Below are positions 1-12,375 of a DNA stretch of 64,000 bases, piece after piece. The stretch is from the NCBI GenBank assembly GCA_951406725.2, contig OX597827.1, positions 32,736,001 through 32,800,000 on the forward strand, given 5' to 3'. The translations under genes and the position numbers were made by a program. The notes beneath the pieces were generated by a model. The model saw only the letters and a program-made list of their open reading frames with translations, was not told the DNA's origin and ran no database searches. Every line of letters begins with the position of its first letter. Within the stretch, counting starts at the first letter, position 1. This DNA comes from Octopus vulgaris (lineage: Eukaryota).

Positions 1-93
1 ATAATAGAAATTGTTAAAATATTTCGTGAATCAATTAATTGAAGATAAAGTTTAAACGCAAAATCTTATCTGGACTCCGGTTGAGAAGCACTG
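1..93. mobile_element. Terminus of a hAT/Charlie-like MITE (rest lies upstream of the window)
   Basis: GGTTGAGAAGCACTG at 79-93 (reverse complement CAGTGCTTCTCAACC, Charlie-type TIR), followed by ATCTAGAT, which fits the NTCTAGAN target preference. Confidence 0.55.
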
Positions 94-711
94 ATCTAGA
101 TGTAGGATGTCATTGAGCATTATGTCTGAAAGTTAGACGGAACGAACGCTGCTGGGGTGTCTTTGACTGTAGTCTTCTGGGTGAATCTAAACTTAGAAGT
201 CAAACGACAACTAAGGAAGCAGAGCATCAAGGTATCATGTTAATCTCGGATTGGAGACTTAATCCCAATGCTTACGTTTCAGATTAGATCTTTCATTAAA
301 GATAATCAGTGAAAAATGGACGGCGCATATGACTTCGTTCATAGCTGGATGTGATTAACGAAGCACTTGTTAATTTTACTGCTTGCGAATATTTTCTGTT
401 GAGTGCATAACATTTGCTTACAGCTTGGTGTGTGGGGAGTTGAATGTTTCAGAAGATGGAAAACAAGGACCGGTATTGTTAGCACATCAAATTAGGCTCG
501 AGAACAGGGGTGGGGCGTGCATCTCTTAAAATTGGGCGGTGGGGACAATGAAAATGTTTGAACGTCCTCTTGGAAAACTTCATGTCCAAAATGAACGAGA
601 GTAGAGACAGTTTTAGAGTGGTCTCAAACATCACTTTTCCATTAATGGATTAATCTGATTTCATTGACGTACAAATATAATAATAATTACTATCAACATA
701 CTCATGTTCGA

Positions 712-1322
712 AGGCAGCAAGCTGGCAAAATCATTAGCACGCTGGACAAAATGCTTAACGGTATTTCGTTCGTCGCTACGTTCCGAATTCAAATCCCGCC
801 GAAATCGGCTTTGCCTTTTGAGGTCGATAAATTAAGTCCTAGTGAAACGATTTGATCGATTGGTCCCTTCCCCCAAAGTTTTAGGCCTTGTGCCTTTAGC
901 AGAATGGTTTAAGGCGACGAACTGGCAGAAACGTTAGCACGCCGGGCGAAATGCTAGGCAGTATTTCGTCTGCCGTTACGTTCTGCGTTCAAATTCCGCC
1001 GAGGTCGACTTTGCCTTTCATCCTTTCGGAGTCGATTAAATAAGTACCAGTAACGCACTGGGGTCGATATAATCGACTTAATCCGTTTGTCTGTCCTTGT
1101 TTGTCCTCTCTGTGTTTAGCCCCTTGTGGGTAGTAAAGAAATAGGTATTTCGTCTATCTTTACGTTCCGAGTTCAAATTCCGCCGAGTTCGATTTTGCCT
1201 TTCATCCTTTCGAAGTCGATAAATTAAGTACCAGTTGCCTACTGGGGTCGATCTAATCGACTGCCCCCCCCCCCCAAAAAAAAAATTTCAGGCCTTGTGC
1301 CTTGAATAGAAAAGTATAATTA
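712..1322 (+). mobile_element. Three tandem copies of tRNA-derived SINE family A
   Basis: A-box-like TGGCAGAA and B-box-like GTTCAAAT, then GCCTTTCATCCTTTCGGxGTCGATxAAxxAAGTACCAG. Copies at ~712-905, 912-1140 and 1145-1322; CpGs retained. Confidence 0.85.
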
Positions 1323-2518
1323 TGTTTCGTTTTAATATTAAGATTGAAGAAATCGACCTTGTTCGTAAAAAAATTTAGACTTTGGTTTGCACCCCTTAAG
1401 CAAATTTCATTCCGGCACTTATGCAAACCATTTCCCCTTCAGCAGATAGACAAGCATCCTTCTGATACAAATTGTTGCTGTTGTTGTTTAACCCCAGGTA
1501 GGGCTCTCACCCAAAACACCTATGGTCAAAGACATTCCAGTCGCAATCAGTCCAGCATAGTATGACCGAACGGTTAACAAGTTTGCTTCGCAAACATGAG
1601 ACCCCAGGTTCGATTCTACTGCGTTCGATCAGCAACTGTCATTTTCTATAACCTCGACTCGACTCACACATGGTGAGTAAAAATTCGTTAACGGAAACTG
1701 TAGAGAAGTCCTTCAGCTGAATTGTACTTGTAATTCAAGAAAATACAGCCCTGTCACACTCTTTCTCAACCTGACTCTACCTAAGATGCGAATTACTTTA
1801 AGGGCGCGCGTGTCTGTGGAATACTCGGCCATTTGCAAATTATTTCAAGAGTAGGTTTATCTAGTTCATCAAACAACCGAATACGCATTGTTGAGTGACG
1901 GAGATCCACTAATGTGTCTAGTACTTCATTATACAATATGCTTCTTGGTAATGCTTTTGTCGCTTAGCCTCGGACCAGTCTGCGTCCAGCTGATCAAAGA
2001 CATCATTCCAGCTGTGACCATATTATAACTTTTTATGTCCACCATTTTAAAAACAGTATGTGGCGTGACTTGAAGATTATTTTAGTGGCTATTTCTAGCA
2101 AGTTCATCAACCACATAGTGACTCTTTCGCTGTCCTTACACCGACTAAGGATTTTAACCTGCGACCTATAAGCTGATAGTTAAATACTTTATCCATTCGG
2201 TTATTCTCTCTATGCCACCAGTCAAATCACGCTTTCAGTATGTCTGCCGAATGGAATGTTATCACGTTGGGTGTCGTCTGCTCGGATAGTCCATCCACTA
2301 TGTTATTATTGATTGAATTTTAACTTGGGCAGGTATGTATACATATATATACATATATGTGTGTGTGTGTGTGTTGGGAGCGTGAATGTATGTATGTTTG
2401 CGTGTACGTATGACTGCGTCTGTTTGGGTTTATATATATAAATATGTGTGTGTGTACGCTCATATGTGTATGAGTGTATATCAGGGGGGGGGGGAATACA
2501 CGCACACATTCACATACG

Positions 2519-2571
<53 letters not shown>

Positions 2572-2778
2572 GCCGTTTATTTTAAGAACAACGAACTTTA
2601 AACATTGCATTCGACAAACAATACACTTACGCATTGACTCATAGCGACACATACAGTCAGTCTTTCTCTCTTGCCCATTCTCTCACTCTTCAGCTCTTTC
2701 TCTCATTCACTCTCCATTAACCCCCTTCTCTCTATCGATACATACATGTGTGTGTGTGTGTGTGTGTATCTATGTATT

Positions 2779-2845
<67 letters not shown>

Positions 2846-3626
2846 GTATGTATCTTGCTGTCATCCACTCTCTGCTTCTTATACTCTCTCTCTCTCTCTC
2901 TTTCTCTTTCCTACGCATGTATACAAAAGAGATAATGGCGAGAAAGAAAAAAAGAAAAGGAGAAGGAAACATGTTGAATTACCAATTATATGAAACTGAA
3001 CAAAAAGCTAATGTACTAATGGCGAGAGGAAGAGGGGGGAGGTGGGTGTGATTTATCGATTATTTCACGGCAGTTGTTATGTTGTTTAGCCCTAGGTATT
3101 CCTTGCTGCAACCCTTCCATGATCAAAAGCACATGCAATCATAACTCTTCTTTTAATTCCTCTTTTATCTTTCTCTTGTTTTCCGTCATTGCACTGCGGC
3201 CATGCTGGGGCACATCTTTGAACAAATGGACCCCCCCCCAATACATACTTTTTAAGCTTGGCACTTATTCTGTTGGCTACTTTTGCCAAACAGTTACGTC
3301 ACTAGGATGCAAACAAACCAACACTGGTTGTCAAGGGGTGGTGAGTGACAAACATAAATCACATAAACACAAATACACACACACATACAGACACACAAAC
3401 ACAGAAAGAACAAGAGAAGTGAGGTGAGCAAACATGCTTATTCTATTCGTTTACAGCTGTTTCATAACTTTGTCAGTTATATAATAGGTGTTACATCATT
3501 TTGATGAATTGTATCCTTTGTTTTCATCACTTTGGTCTCATCGTTTCTCTGTATGTTGGTGTTCCTTGACTTTACAAATCACTCTTACTTTCATAAAAGT
3601 GAAATAATTTCCTTGTGTGTGTGTGT

Positions 3627-4115
3627 ATTAATAATGAGAAATACTTCAAGGATTGCGATTTTATATTTTTATTAATACATTGCTACATATGTTTCGGCAT
3701 GGCATGTATTTTTATGGGACCAGCTCACAATGTCCATAGGATATTATTAAATATTATTTATTTAATAAATTTGCTTGTTGTTTAGATTTCCGGTTATTAG
3801 TCATCCTATACCAACCAAAAAGTTCTGTTAGATTAATGAATAGTCTTGTGAATTCTTGCAGACTACTAGATAGTTTGGTGTATTAATAGAGGCAAAAGGA
3901 AATCCCACGAAAATTAATGCAAAAATTGCTTGAAGAAGTATGCATGTCGAATTAATGGGCCCCCATATGGTCTTTGGATATTATAAATAATATTTAATAA
4001 TATCCTATGGATATGGTGATGTAGTCCCATAAAAATACGTTATGCTGAAACATATGTAGCAACACATTAATAAAAATATAAAGTCTCCATCTGTGAAGCA
4101 TTTCATGCTATTAAT
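3627..4115. mobile_element. Fold-back element with ~135-bp inverted arms carrying degenerate hammerhead motifs (Penelope-like pLTR)
   Basis: Arms ~3627-3762 and ~3983-4115 are reverse complements. Each contains GAAAC-ATAT-GTA (3684-3695 minus; 4047-4058 plus) followed by AATAAA. Confidence 0.6.
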
Positions 4116-4249
4116 GTATTTATCCTAACTCAGCAGGTTGAGAATAATATACGGCAGCCAGCAACAAGCAACATAGGAGCTTTTATGAGCACACTGGTAG
4201 GCATTTGCCATGTACAAAATACAAAGATATCTTTTAGCTTTTTTTTTAT

Positions 4250-4437
4250 CTTTTACTTGTTTCAGTCATTTCCACGCTGGAGCACTGCCTTTAGTCAAGC
4301 AAATTGACCCCAGGACTTATTCTTTGTAAGCCTAGTACTTATTCTATTGGTCTCTTTTGCCGAACCACTAAGTTATGGGGACGTAAACACACCAGCATTT
4401 GTTGTCATGTGATGCTGGGGGGACAAACACAGACACA

Positions 4438-4509
<72 letters not shown>

Positions 4510-4672
4510 CACGACAGGCTTCTTTAAGTTTCCGTCTACCAAATCCACTCACAAGGCTTTGGTCAGCCCGAGGCTATAGTAGAAGACACTTGCCCAAGGT
4601 GCCATGCAGTGGGAATGAACCCGGAATCATGTGGTTGATAAGCAAGCTATTTACCTCACAGCCACTCCTGTG
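4250..4672 (-). mobile_element. tRNA-derived SINE family B with internal (CA)n(TA)n microsatellite
   Basis: Conserved CAGTCATTT..GCTGGAGCAC body and tRNA-like head on the minus strand. Related copies at ~3170-3400, 12670-12942, 15575-15972, 21320-21900, 36465-36862 (minus) and 34315-34685, 39888-40320 (plus). Confidence 0.85.
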
Positions 4673-4710
<38 letters not shown>

Positions 4711-4780
4711 GGTCCCGGGTTGATTCGGGGTTAACCACAGTAAATAAGGTACTCAATACATAGCAGAGTAAAATTAATTT

Positions 4781-4894
4781 ATTATATAGAAGGAGTTCTA
4801 CAGGATAGAACTGTTTCATTCAAGAGAAATCTTCAGGAAGCTTCCTGAAGATTTCTCTTGAATGAAACAGTTCTAGTCCTGTAGAAGCTCCTTC

Positions 4895-4902
<8 letters not shown>
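4781..4902. repeat. Near-perfect spacerless ~120-bp palindrome
   Basis: Centred on GAAG|CTTC (4840/4841); the arms differ only by two 1-nt indels. Confidence 0.95.
4839..4889 (+). ncRNA. Type I hammerhead ribozyme motif
   Basis: AGCUUC / CUGAAGA / U-UUC-UCUU-GAA-U / GAA-ACAG-uucuaguc-CUGU-A^ / GAAGCU. This gives a 6-bp stem I, an intact core, a 4-bp stem III and a GUA triplet (predicted cut after 4883). Stem II is short and lacks a canonical closing pair. Confidence 0.7.
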
Positions 4903-4954
<52 letters not shown>

Positions 4955-5169
4955 ATGTATATATACATATATACATAACTTCACTGCAATCTTTCTCCTC
5001 CACCTTCCTCAAACAGACAATTTGGATCATTGAAATAAAGTTTATTTCATTGCCGAATTTTCTATTCCATCTTAGAAGCAACAAATACATAAATAAATAA
5101 ATAAAATTAACAATAATAAATTCTAATAAATACATTGAAAACAATAGGCAAGAAACAGCAATAAATGTT

Positions 5170-5660
5170 ATGGCTTGTCTTAGAGTTGATGGTGGCAGTG
5201 ACGGTTGTGACAAGTGAGGTGTGCTAATACATATTATGGTGATGGGGTTTGGTAGTGGCTTGGAGTTCTGCTGCTCGTGAGCAGACACTTTATGGTTCTG
5301 TGAAGCTGTTGTGGTGTTATGGTAGCAGTGGTAGTGGTAGTAGTGGTCATGTTGTGATGGTTGTGCTGCTGTTGTCGGTGGTGGTGGTGATGGTGGTAAT
5401 GGTGGTGATGATGGTGCTGATGGTAGGGTGATAGTGGTGGTCATGGTGTGGTGGTTGTGCTGATGATGGTGGCAATGATGGTGCTGATTGTGGGGTGATG
5501 GTGGTGGTGGTGATGGTGGCAGCAGTGGCGGTGGTGGTGGTGGCAGTGGCGGCAGAAGCAATGGAGGTGGTGGTGGTGGTGTTGATGGTGGTCATGATGT
5601 GGTGGTTGTGCTGATGATGGTGGCAGTGGTGGTGGTGGTGGTGGTGGGGATGGTGTAATT
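5170..5660. repeat. Degenerate (GGT/GAT)n low-complexity tract
   Basis: Trinucleotide GGT-rich runs; source of the poly-Pro/His/Thr ORFs. Confidence 0.9.
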
Positions 5661-6187
5661 GTAAACTGGGCAGCGTTTCAAGAATGTAACACCTTCTCGT
5701 AGCACCACAAAATTCAGAGCTATGTCTCTCAGTCTTCACGAGCCAAAAAGGATGAGGTGTTAGGGTCCTAAAAAGAGGGATAATAACTTTTATCTAACCT
5801 GAAGCCATTTTCATCAACACAATGCAGAAACTCTGAGATCAAGTTACTCAAAACGCATGGTGATGTCCAAACTAAATTCTTCACTTTTGGTGCAGCTTTG
5901 CAGCCAAGTTTGAAAATAAACTGTTTAGAATAAACAATAACAAATTGGATGCCACACCAATCGATGGAAACTGGCCAATTTTGATTCCCGACTGATTAAA
6001 TACTTTCTTTACTCATCCGCCTTAGATATTAATTTTTGCAGACAATTCCTTGTTGCGCTTATGCCAGGAACCAATTGCTGATCCACATGATTAATTAGTT
6101 CATCGATCAGTTAAGTGATCGATAAATACCAAAAAAAAAAAAATGAAAAATATTGATCTCATTGAAAAATGTTCATTATTATTATTA

Positions 6188-6221
<34 letters not shown>

Positions 6222-6365
6222 TTTTTTTTCTTCTTTCAAATTTGCTTCCATTTCTTGCCGAGTGTCTTCCCTGACTCCTAGGGCAAAGAAACTCATAGTA
6301 TACATTGGTAGGCCATTAAACCAAACTCAGTAGTTCGTTCATTTTTTTTTTTTTTTTAATTTCAA

Positions 6366-6415
<50 letters not shown>

Positions 6416-6600
6416 TTGCTGGATGAAATACTTAGCGGTATTTCATTTGTCTCTATGTTGTGAGTTCAAATTCCGCTGAGGTCGATTTTGCCTTTCATCC
6501 TTTCGGAGTTGATAAATTAAGTACCAGTTGCGTACTGGAGTCAATCTAATCGACTGGCCCCACCCCAAAAATTTCAGGCTTTGTTCCTAGAGGAGAAAGG

Positions 6601-6642
<42 letters not shown>

Positions 6643-7213
6643 TTTATTGCTGGATGAAATGCATAGCGGTATTTCACCCATCTCTACATTCTGAGTTCAA
6701 ATTCCTCTGAGGTCAACTTTGCCTTTCATCCTTTCAGGGTCAATAAAATAAGTACCAGTTGACTACTGGGGTAGATGTAATCGACTCACCCCCAAGCTGC
6801 CCTTGTGGCAAAAATTTGTAATTATTATTATTGTTGTTGTTATTATTATTGTGGCCTTGTGCCAGAAATTTGAAATGAGCATCATCATCATCATTATTAT
6901 TATTGTTGGTGTTATCTTCATCATTAAGGCTCCAAGCTGGCACAATCATTAGCATATCAAACAAAATGTTTGATATGCTAACCTCCAGTTTTATGTCCTG
7001 AGTTCAAATTCTGCCAAGGTCAATGTTGCTTTTCATCCTTTCGGGGTCAATAAAATAAGTACCAATTGAGTATTGGGGTCAATGCAATCAACTCATCCAC
7101 TCCCTTAAAATTGCTGACCTTGTGCCAAAATTTGAAACCATTATCATGCAAACCCTTGTGGTTAATAAAGGAATCATCATCATCATCAGCAGCAGCAGCA
7201 GCATAATTATTAA

Positions 7214-7285
<72 letters not shown>

Positions 7286-7291
7286 CATTAT

Positions 7292-7760
7292 TGAGTGAGA
7301 GAGCAGTGCATGCCATCAAAGTGACACTGGGGTAAAATATACGAACCCCAGTATACCCATCATGACTACCCATCTGATAAGGGTACACCAGGAAATGTAT
7401 CACAACCATATGTGTGCGACATGGTGATCTCATATCAAGATAAACGGCGCATGACCTTGCAGGTGGGGCCCAGTTAGAATTTTCTTCTGGTTGAGTAACC
7501 CATCCTGCTCAAAAGGTCCCTGAATAAGGTTTGTTTAAGAATGTTGAATAAAACACCTATGTTTCCAGAGGTGAATTATTCAAACCCCAAAGAATCCCTC
7601 TCAACACATGGCTATGATGCTCCCCCACTACTTCTGTTCGTGATCAGAGATGAACATATCGTCAGCCACCAAGGGACATGGTCAACTGATTCAGGTCAAA
7701 CAACTGACAAGCAAATCTGTGGTATTGAGCAGAATATGTGCTGTAGCCCATCTTTTATGT
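7292..7760 (-). mobile_element. Non-LTR element 3' segment ending in (TAA)n, copy 1
   Basis: Closely similar to 8818-9320 and abuts a long (TTA)n run on its left. Confidence 0.65.
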
Positions 7761-7769
7761 GATCGCTGC

Positions 7770-8150
7770 GAGAGCAGCTGACTGGCTTCCGTGCCGGTGG
7801 CATGTAAAAACACCATTCAAATGTGATCATCACCAGCATCGCCTTAGTGGCACATGAAAAACATTCAAGCAAGGTTGTTGCCAGTGCCACTTGACTGGCT
7901 CCTGTGCAGGTGGCACATAAAAAACACCACTTGAGCGTAGCCTTTGACAGTACCGCCTGACTGGCCCTCGTACCAGTGGCACGTAAAAGCACCCACTACA
8001 CTATCAGAGTGGTTGGTGTTAGGAAGGGCATCAAGCTGTTGAAACTCTATCAGATCAGATTGGAGCCTGGTGCAGCCATCTGGTTCACCATACCTCAGTC
8101 AAATTGTCCAGCCCATGCTAGCAGGGAAAGCAAACGTTAAACAATGATGA
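7770..8150 (+). mobile_element. RTE-tail-like repeat with (GAT)n end
   Basis: Subrepeats ..CACGTAAAAGCACC.. plus GTTAGGAAGGGCATC..CCCATGCTAGCA, the same tail as the RTE copy at 31540-32730. Others at ~19220-19440(-), 37290-37690(-), 39160-39270, 42160-42400(-), 58515-58725. Confidence 0.75.
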
Positions 8151-8195
<45 letters not shown>

Positions 8196-8767
8196 GATTA
8201 TATTAATATTATTTAGCCAGTTTAAAAAAGATAATCGTTTATGTTCTTTTATCTTTTTCTTTCTATTAATTTTTCCCATGATGCCATTGTACTGTTTCTA
8301 TACACAGCCATAATAATAATCAGCCATAATATATAAGTTTCTGTTATCATTTTTCCATGTAAGCTGTTAGCTGAGTAAAAAGCAACGAAACGCATATATT
8401 GCCAAAAACTGCTAATGTCTTTTATTAAATATGCAGTATATTGAATGATGCTTCGTTCATGTTGTTGTTGTTGGTGGTGGTGGTGGTAGTTCTGGTGATG
8501 GTGTTGTTGCTGTTGTTGTTGGTGATGATGGTGTTGGTGTTATTAAGGCTATAAACTGGCAGAATTGATACTACACTGGACAAAATGCAATAGAGGCATT
8601 GCTCCCAGCTTTACATTCGGAGTTCAAATATTATTGAGATCAGCTTTGCCTGTCATCCATTCAGGAGTCAATAAATTAAGTACCAGTTGAGCACTGGGGT
8701 TGATGTAAGTGACCAGTCTCCACGCCCTAAATGTCAGCTAATAGAAAAATTATTTTCATTATTATTA

Positions 8768-8817
<50 letters not shown>

Positions 8818-9320
8818 GAGCGAGAGAGAGCAGTGCATGCCATCAAAGTGACACTGGGGTAAAATATACGACGCCCAGTATACCCATCATGATTACCCAT
8901 CTCCAAGCACATGAATCACAACCATATCTGTGCGACATCTCATATCAAGATAAACAGCACATGACCTTGCAGGTGGGGCCCAGTTAAAATTTTCTTCTGG
9001 TTGAGTAGCTAATCCCACTCAAAAGGTCCCTGAATAGGGATTGTTTAAGGATGTTGAACGAACCACCCATGTTTCCAAAGGTGAATTATCCAAACCTCCA
9101 AGAATTCCTTTCAACACATGGTTATGATGCTCCCCCACTACCTCTGCTTGTGGTCAGAGATGCACATATCATCAGCCACTAAGGGGCATGCTCAACTGGT
9201 TATGGTCAAACAACTGACAAGCAAATCTGTGGTATTGAGTAGAATATTTGGTGTAACCCGTCTTTTATACCAAGACAAAACAATGTACATGATAACACTT
9301 CCAATCAGTTAATCAGAAGC
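8818..9320 (-). mobile_element. Non-LTR element 3' segment ending in (TAA)n, copy 2
   Basis: GAGAGAGCAGTGCATGCCATCAAAGTGACACTGGGGTAAAATATACG... shared with 7292-7760. Confidence 0.65.
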
Positions 9321-9334
9321 CATTATTGTTATTG

Positions 9335-9398
<64 letters not shown>

Positions 9399-9479
9399 CA
9401 TTATCATTATCATTATTATTATTATCATTATTATTATTATTATCATCATCATCATCATTATTATTATTGCTGTTGTTAT

Positions 9480-9870
9480 TCAACATTTGGTAGTTTCAGG
9501 CAAATTTCTACTGCATCATCTGCTTCACCTCTGAGTTGCTGGGGTGTGTGCAGCATTGTGTGTTCTTTTTTAGTTTTGTTGTTGAGGGAGTGCAAACTCT
9601 TCTTGGTATTGTATTGCATCAATTTGTTTTGTTATGGGGTCTGGTAGCTGTCTTTCATTGTATTAGTGTTTGTACTGTGTATTGTGTGTGTAATGCAAGT
9701 TTTGTTCTTCTGTTGGTTCTCTAGCCTGTTGGTGGTTGTTTATTTTATTGGATATTTGCTATATAGAGTGTATCTTGTTTTTGTAGATTGTTTTGTTTAG
9801 GTTGTATTTTTGAATTGATAGTATCTGTTCCTAGCAGGGCTATTTTTTGGGTAGTGTCTAGTGTTAAGGG
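9480..9870 (-). mobile_element. R4/Dong-like (RLE) non-LTR retrotransposon 3' end
   Basis: Minus strand encodes ...TTQKIALLGT, followed by a 3' UTR and a (TAA)n tail at 9325-9480. Confidence 0.6.
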
Positions 9871-10334
9871 TTCAGATTAAATGCTTAACAGCATTCCTCC
9901 CTGCTCTCTATGTTCTAAGTTAAAATTCCACCAAGGTCAACTTTGCCTTTAATTGTTTCCATTGTTGATAAAATAAGCACCAGTTGAGCAGTGGGTTTGA
10001 TGTACTTAACTGAGCCCCTCCCCTTAATACTGCTGGCTTCGTGCCAAAATTTGAAACCTTTATTATTGTTGTTGTTATTAGTATTATTATCATCATCATC
10101 ATCATCATTATTGTGGCAAGCTGGTAGAACCGTTAACATGACAGGTGAAATGCTTAGCGGTATTTCGTCTGTCTTCACATTCTAAATTCAAATTCTGCTG
10201 AGGTTGACTTTGCCTTTCCTCCTTTCGAGGGTTAATAAAATAAGAACTAGTGAAGCACTGGGGTTGATGGAATCAACTAGTCCCCTCCCACAAAATTTCT
10301 GAGCTTGTGCTGTTAGTAGAAAGGATTATTATTA

Positions 10335-10372
<38 letters not shown>

Positions 10373-10611
10373 GTTATTATTATTATTATTATTATTATGG
10401 CAGCATGCTGGTAGTATCATTAACATGTCATACAAAATGCTTAGTAGCATTTCATCCGTCTATACGTTCTGAGTTCATATTCCACTGAAGTCAACTATAC
10501 CTTTTCATCTATTCAGGATCAATAAAATAGGAACCAGTTGAGCTCTGGGGTCAATGTAATCAACTAGCCCCCTCCCCTCAAATATCAGGCCTTGTGCCTT
10601 TAATAGAAAGG

Positions 10612-10795
10612 ATTATTATTATTTCCATTTCACTTCTTGATTTCTCTTATTCAGACTAATTTTGTAAAAGAAGACAACAACCTGTTGTCGAGGGTCTCAC
10701 AGGGTCTCTTTCCATGATACTTAACATCTAAATAACAACCTCAAAATCCTCGCTGACTGCAATAAAGCAGTTGTCCGAGCATGTTCTACTCCCCA
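10612..10795 (-). mobile_element. R4/Dong-like 3' end fragment
   Basis: Minus strand GVEHARTTALLQSARILRLLFRC*, similar to AEQGQKTALLRTARILRLVFGC* at 29.6 kb. Confidence 0.6.
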
Positions 10796-11934
10796 TTCCC
10801 AAAAATTTCGGGCCTTGCACCTAGGGTAAAAATAAATAAAAATAAAAATAAATTAAGTACTTCGGGCCTTGTGCTTAGAGTAGAAAAGATTATTATTGTT
10901 GTCACTGTTAAGGTAATGAGCAGGTAGAATTATTAGCATGTCAAACAGAATGATTATGGGCATTTTTTTCTGTTTCTTTGCATTCTGAGTTCAAATTCTG
11001 CTATGGTCAAATTTGCCCTTCTGCCTTTCACGGTCAATAAAATAAAGTACCTGCTAAGTACTGGGTGAATAATATCTACTAACCCCACCTCACCCTACAA
11101 TTGCCAGCCTTGTCCAAAATTTAGAACAAATGTGACAAACTGGCAGAATTGTTAGCACATCAGAGAAAATTCTTCACGGGGGTTTCTTCTGGCTTTTCAC
11201 AAGTTGAATTTAAATGCCACCAAGGTCAACTTAGCCATTTTATTTGCTTGGAGTTGATAAGATAAAGTACCAGTCAAGTACTGTGGTTGAAGTAATCAAC
11301 TTACCTCTGCCTTAAAATTGCTGGCCATGTGTCGAAGTTTGGACCCATTGTAAGGCAGAGAGCTGGCAGAACCATTAGCACATAACACTTTACATGCTAA
11401 GCACATATCCTGCCAAAGTTGACTTGGTCTTTCATTTTTTTCAGGTTCAAATAAGTAAGGTACCTGTCAAGTACTCGAATGGACCCCCTCCTCTGTGTGT
11501 ATAAGATAGATGTTATGCATAACTTCTTATGGTGTCACATGTACTCTTAGTCTGTTATTGTGTTGATGTGGGTTTTCTAGAATTTTGTATAGAAAAGTAT
11601 GCTAGTCCTCACTCAGTTTGCTTGTATGGCAGCCAAATCTCCCTCAAAAGTTCAGCTGCTATTTGTACCAAGTCAAATTGAATAAAATCCCTTCCTCATT
11701 GTTCTTGGAAAGTAACTGATTAATACATTGGATTAAATGTTGTTATTGTTGTTGTTCATGGTAACTCAGCTGACGCAATTCTGTGGCGCACCTGTAGTCA
11801 ACTGAATGGCGAGGTGCAACCAACAGATGCATCTCTTTCCAGGTATATTATGCCTCTGGTAAATTAAGGACTATGTTGTACATTCTGCCACTCAGTGATA
11901 AATCATATGGGATGCAGGATGAAAGATTGGGCAT

Positions 11935-12375
11935 ACTACAGTCCAATTGACAGTCTTGACATATTACAGTCACACAACAGTCCAGTTGAAACCCTAGATA
12001 TATTGTAATCTTTTCACAATCCATTTGACACCCTGGACACACTACAGTCTCTCCACTGTCCTGTTAACAGTCTGCACATATTGCAATCTCTCTACTGTCC
12101 AGTTGACAGTCTTGACATATTACAGTCATTCTACTGTCCAGTTTAAACCCAAGATATATTGCAATTTTTCCACTGTCCAGTTAACAGTCCAGATATATCA
12201 CAGACTCTTCACAGTCCAGGTGACAGCCTAGATATGTTAGTCTCTCTACTGTCCAGTTGGCTGTCAAGACATATTGCAGTCTCTCCTCTGCCCAACTAAT
12301 AGCCTGGACATAATGCAGTCTCTTTGCAGTCCGGTGGACAGTTTGAACATAGTGCAGTTTTTCAACTGCCCAGCC
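11935..12375. repeat. Diverged 39-bp minisatellite, about 11 units
   Basis: C.GTCCAGTTGACAG.CT.GACATATT.CAGTC-type unit starting at 11939, 11978, 12017, 12056 and onward. Confidence 0.85.

Larger units (their letters stand above)
6417..11480 (+). mobile_element. Cluster of about ten same-orientation SINE-A copies separated by (TTA)n tails and other insertions
   Basis: GTTCAAATTC..GAGGTC.ACTTTGCCTTTCATCC motif recurs at ~6460, 6695, 7000, 8620, 9920, 10185, 10470, 10990, 11210 and 11410. Confidence 0.85.

Noticed and set aside
4833-5739. Long Pro/His/Thr-rich ORFs
   Set aside because: Translations of degenerate (GGT)n tracts and dinucleotide repeats.
5670-6100. Possible LINE endonuclease remnant (minus strand SIDW..SEFLHCVDENG)
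   Set aside because: Similarity is too weak and stop-ridden to assign without a search.
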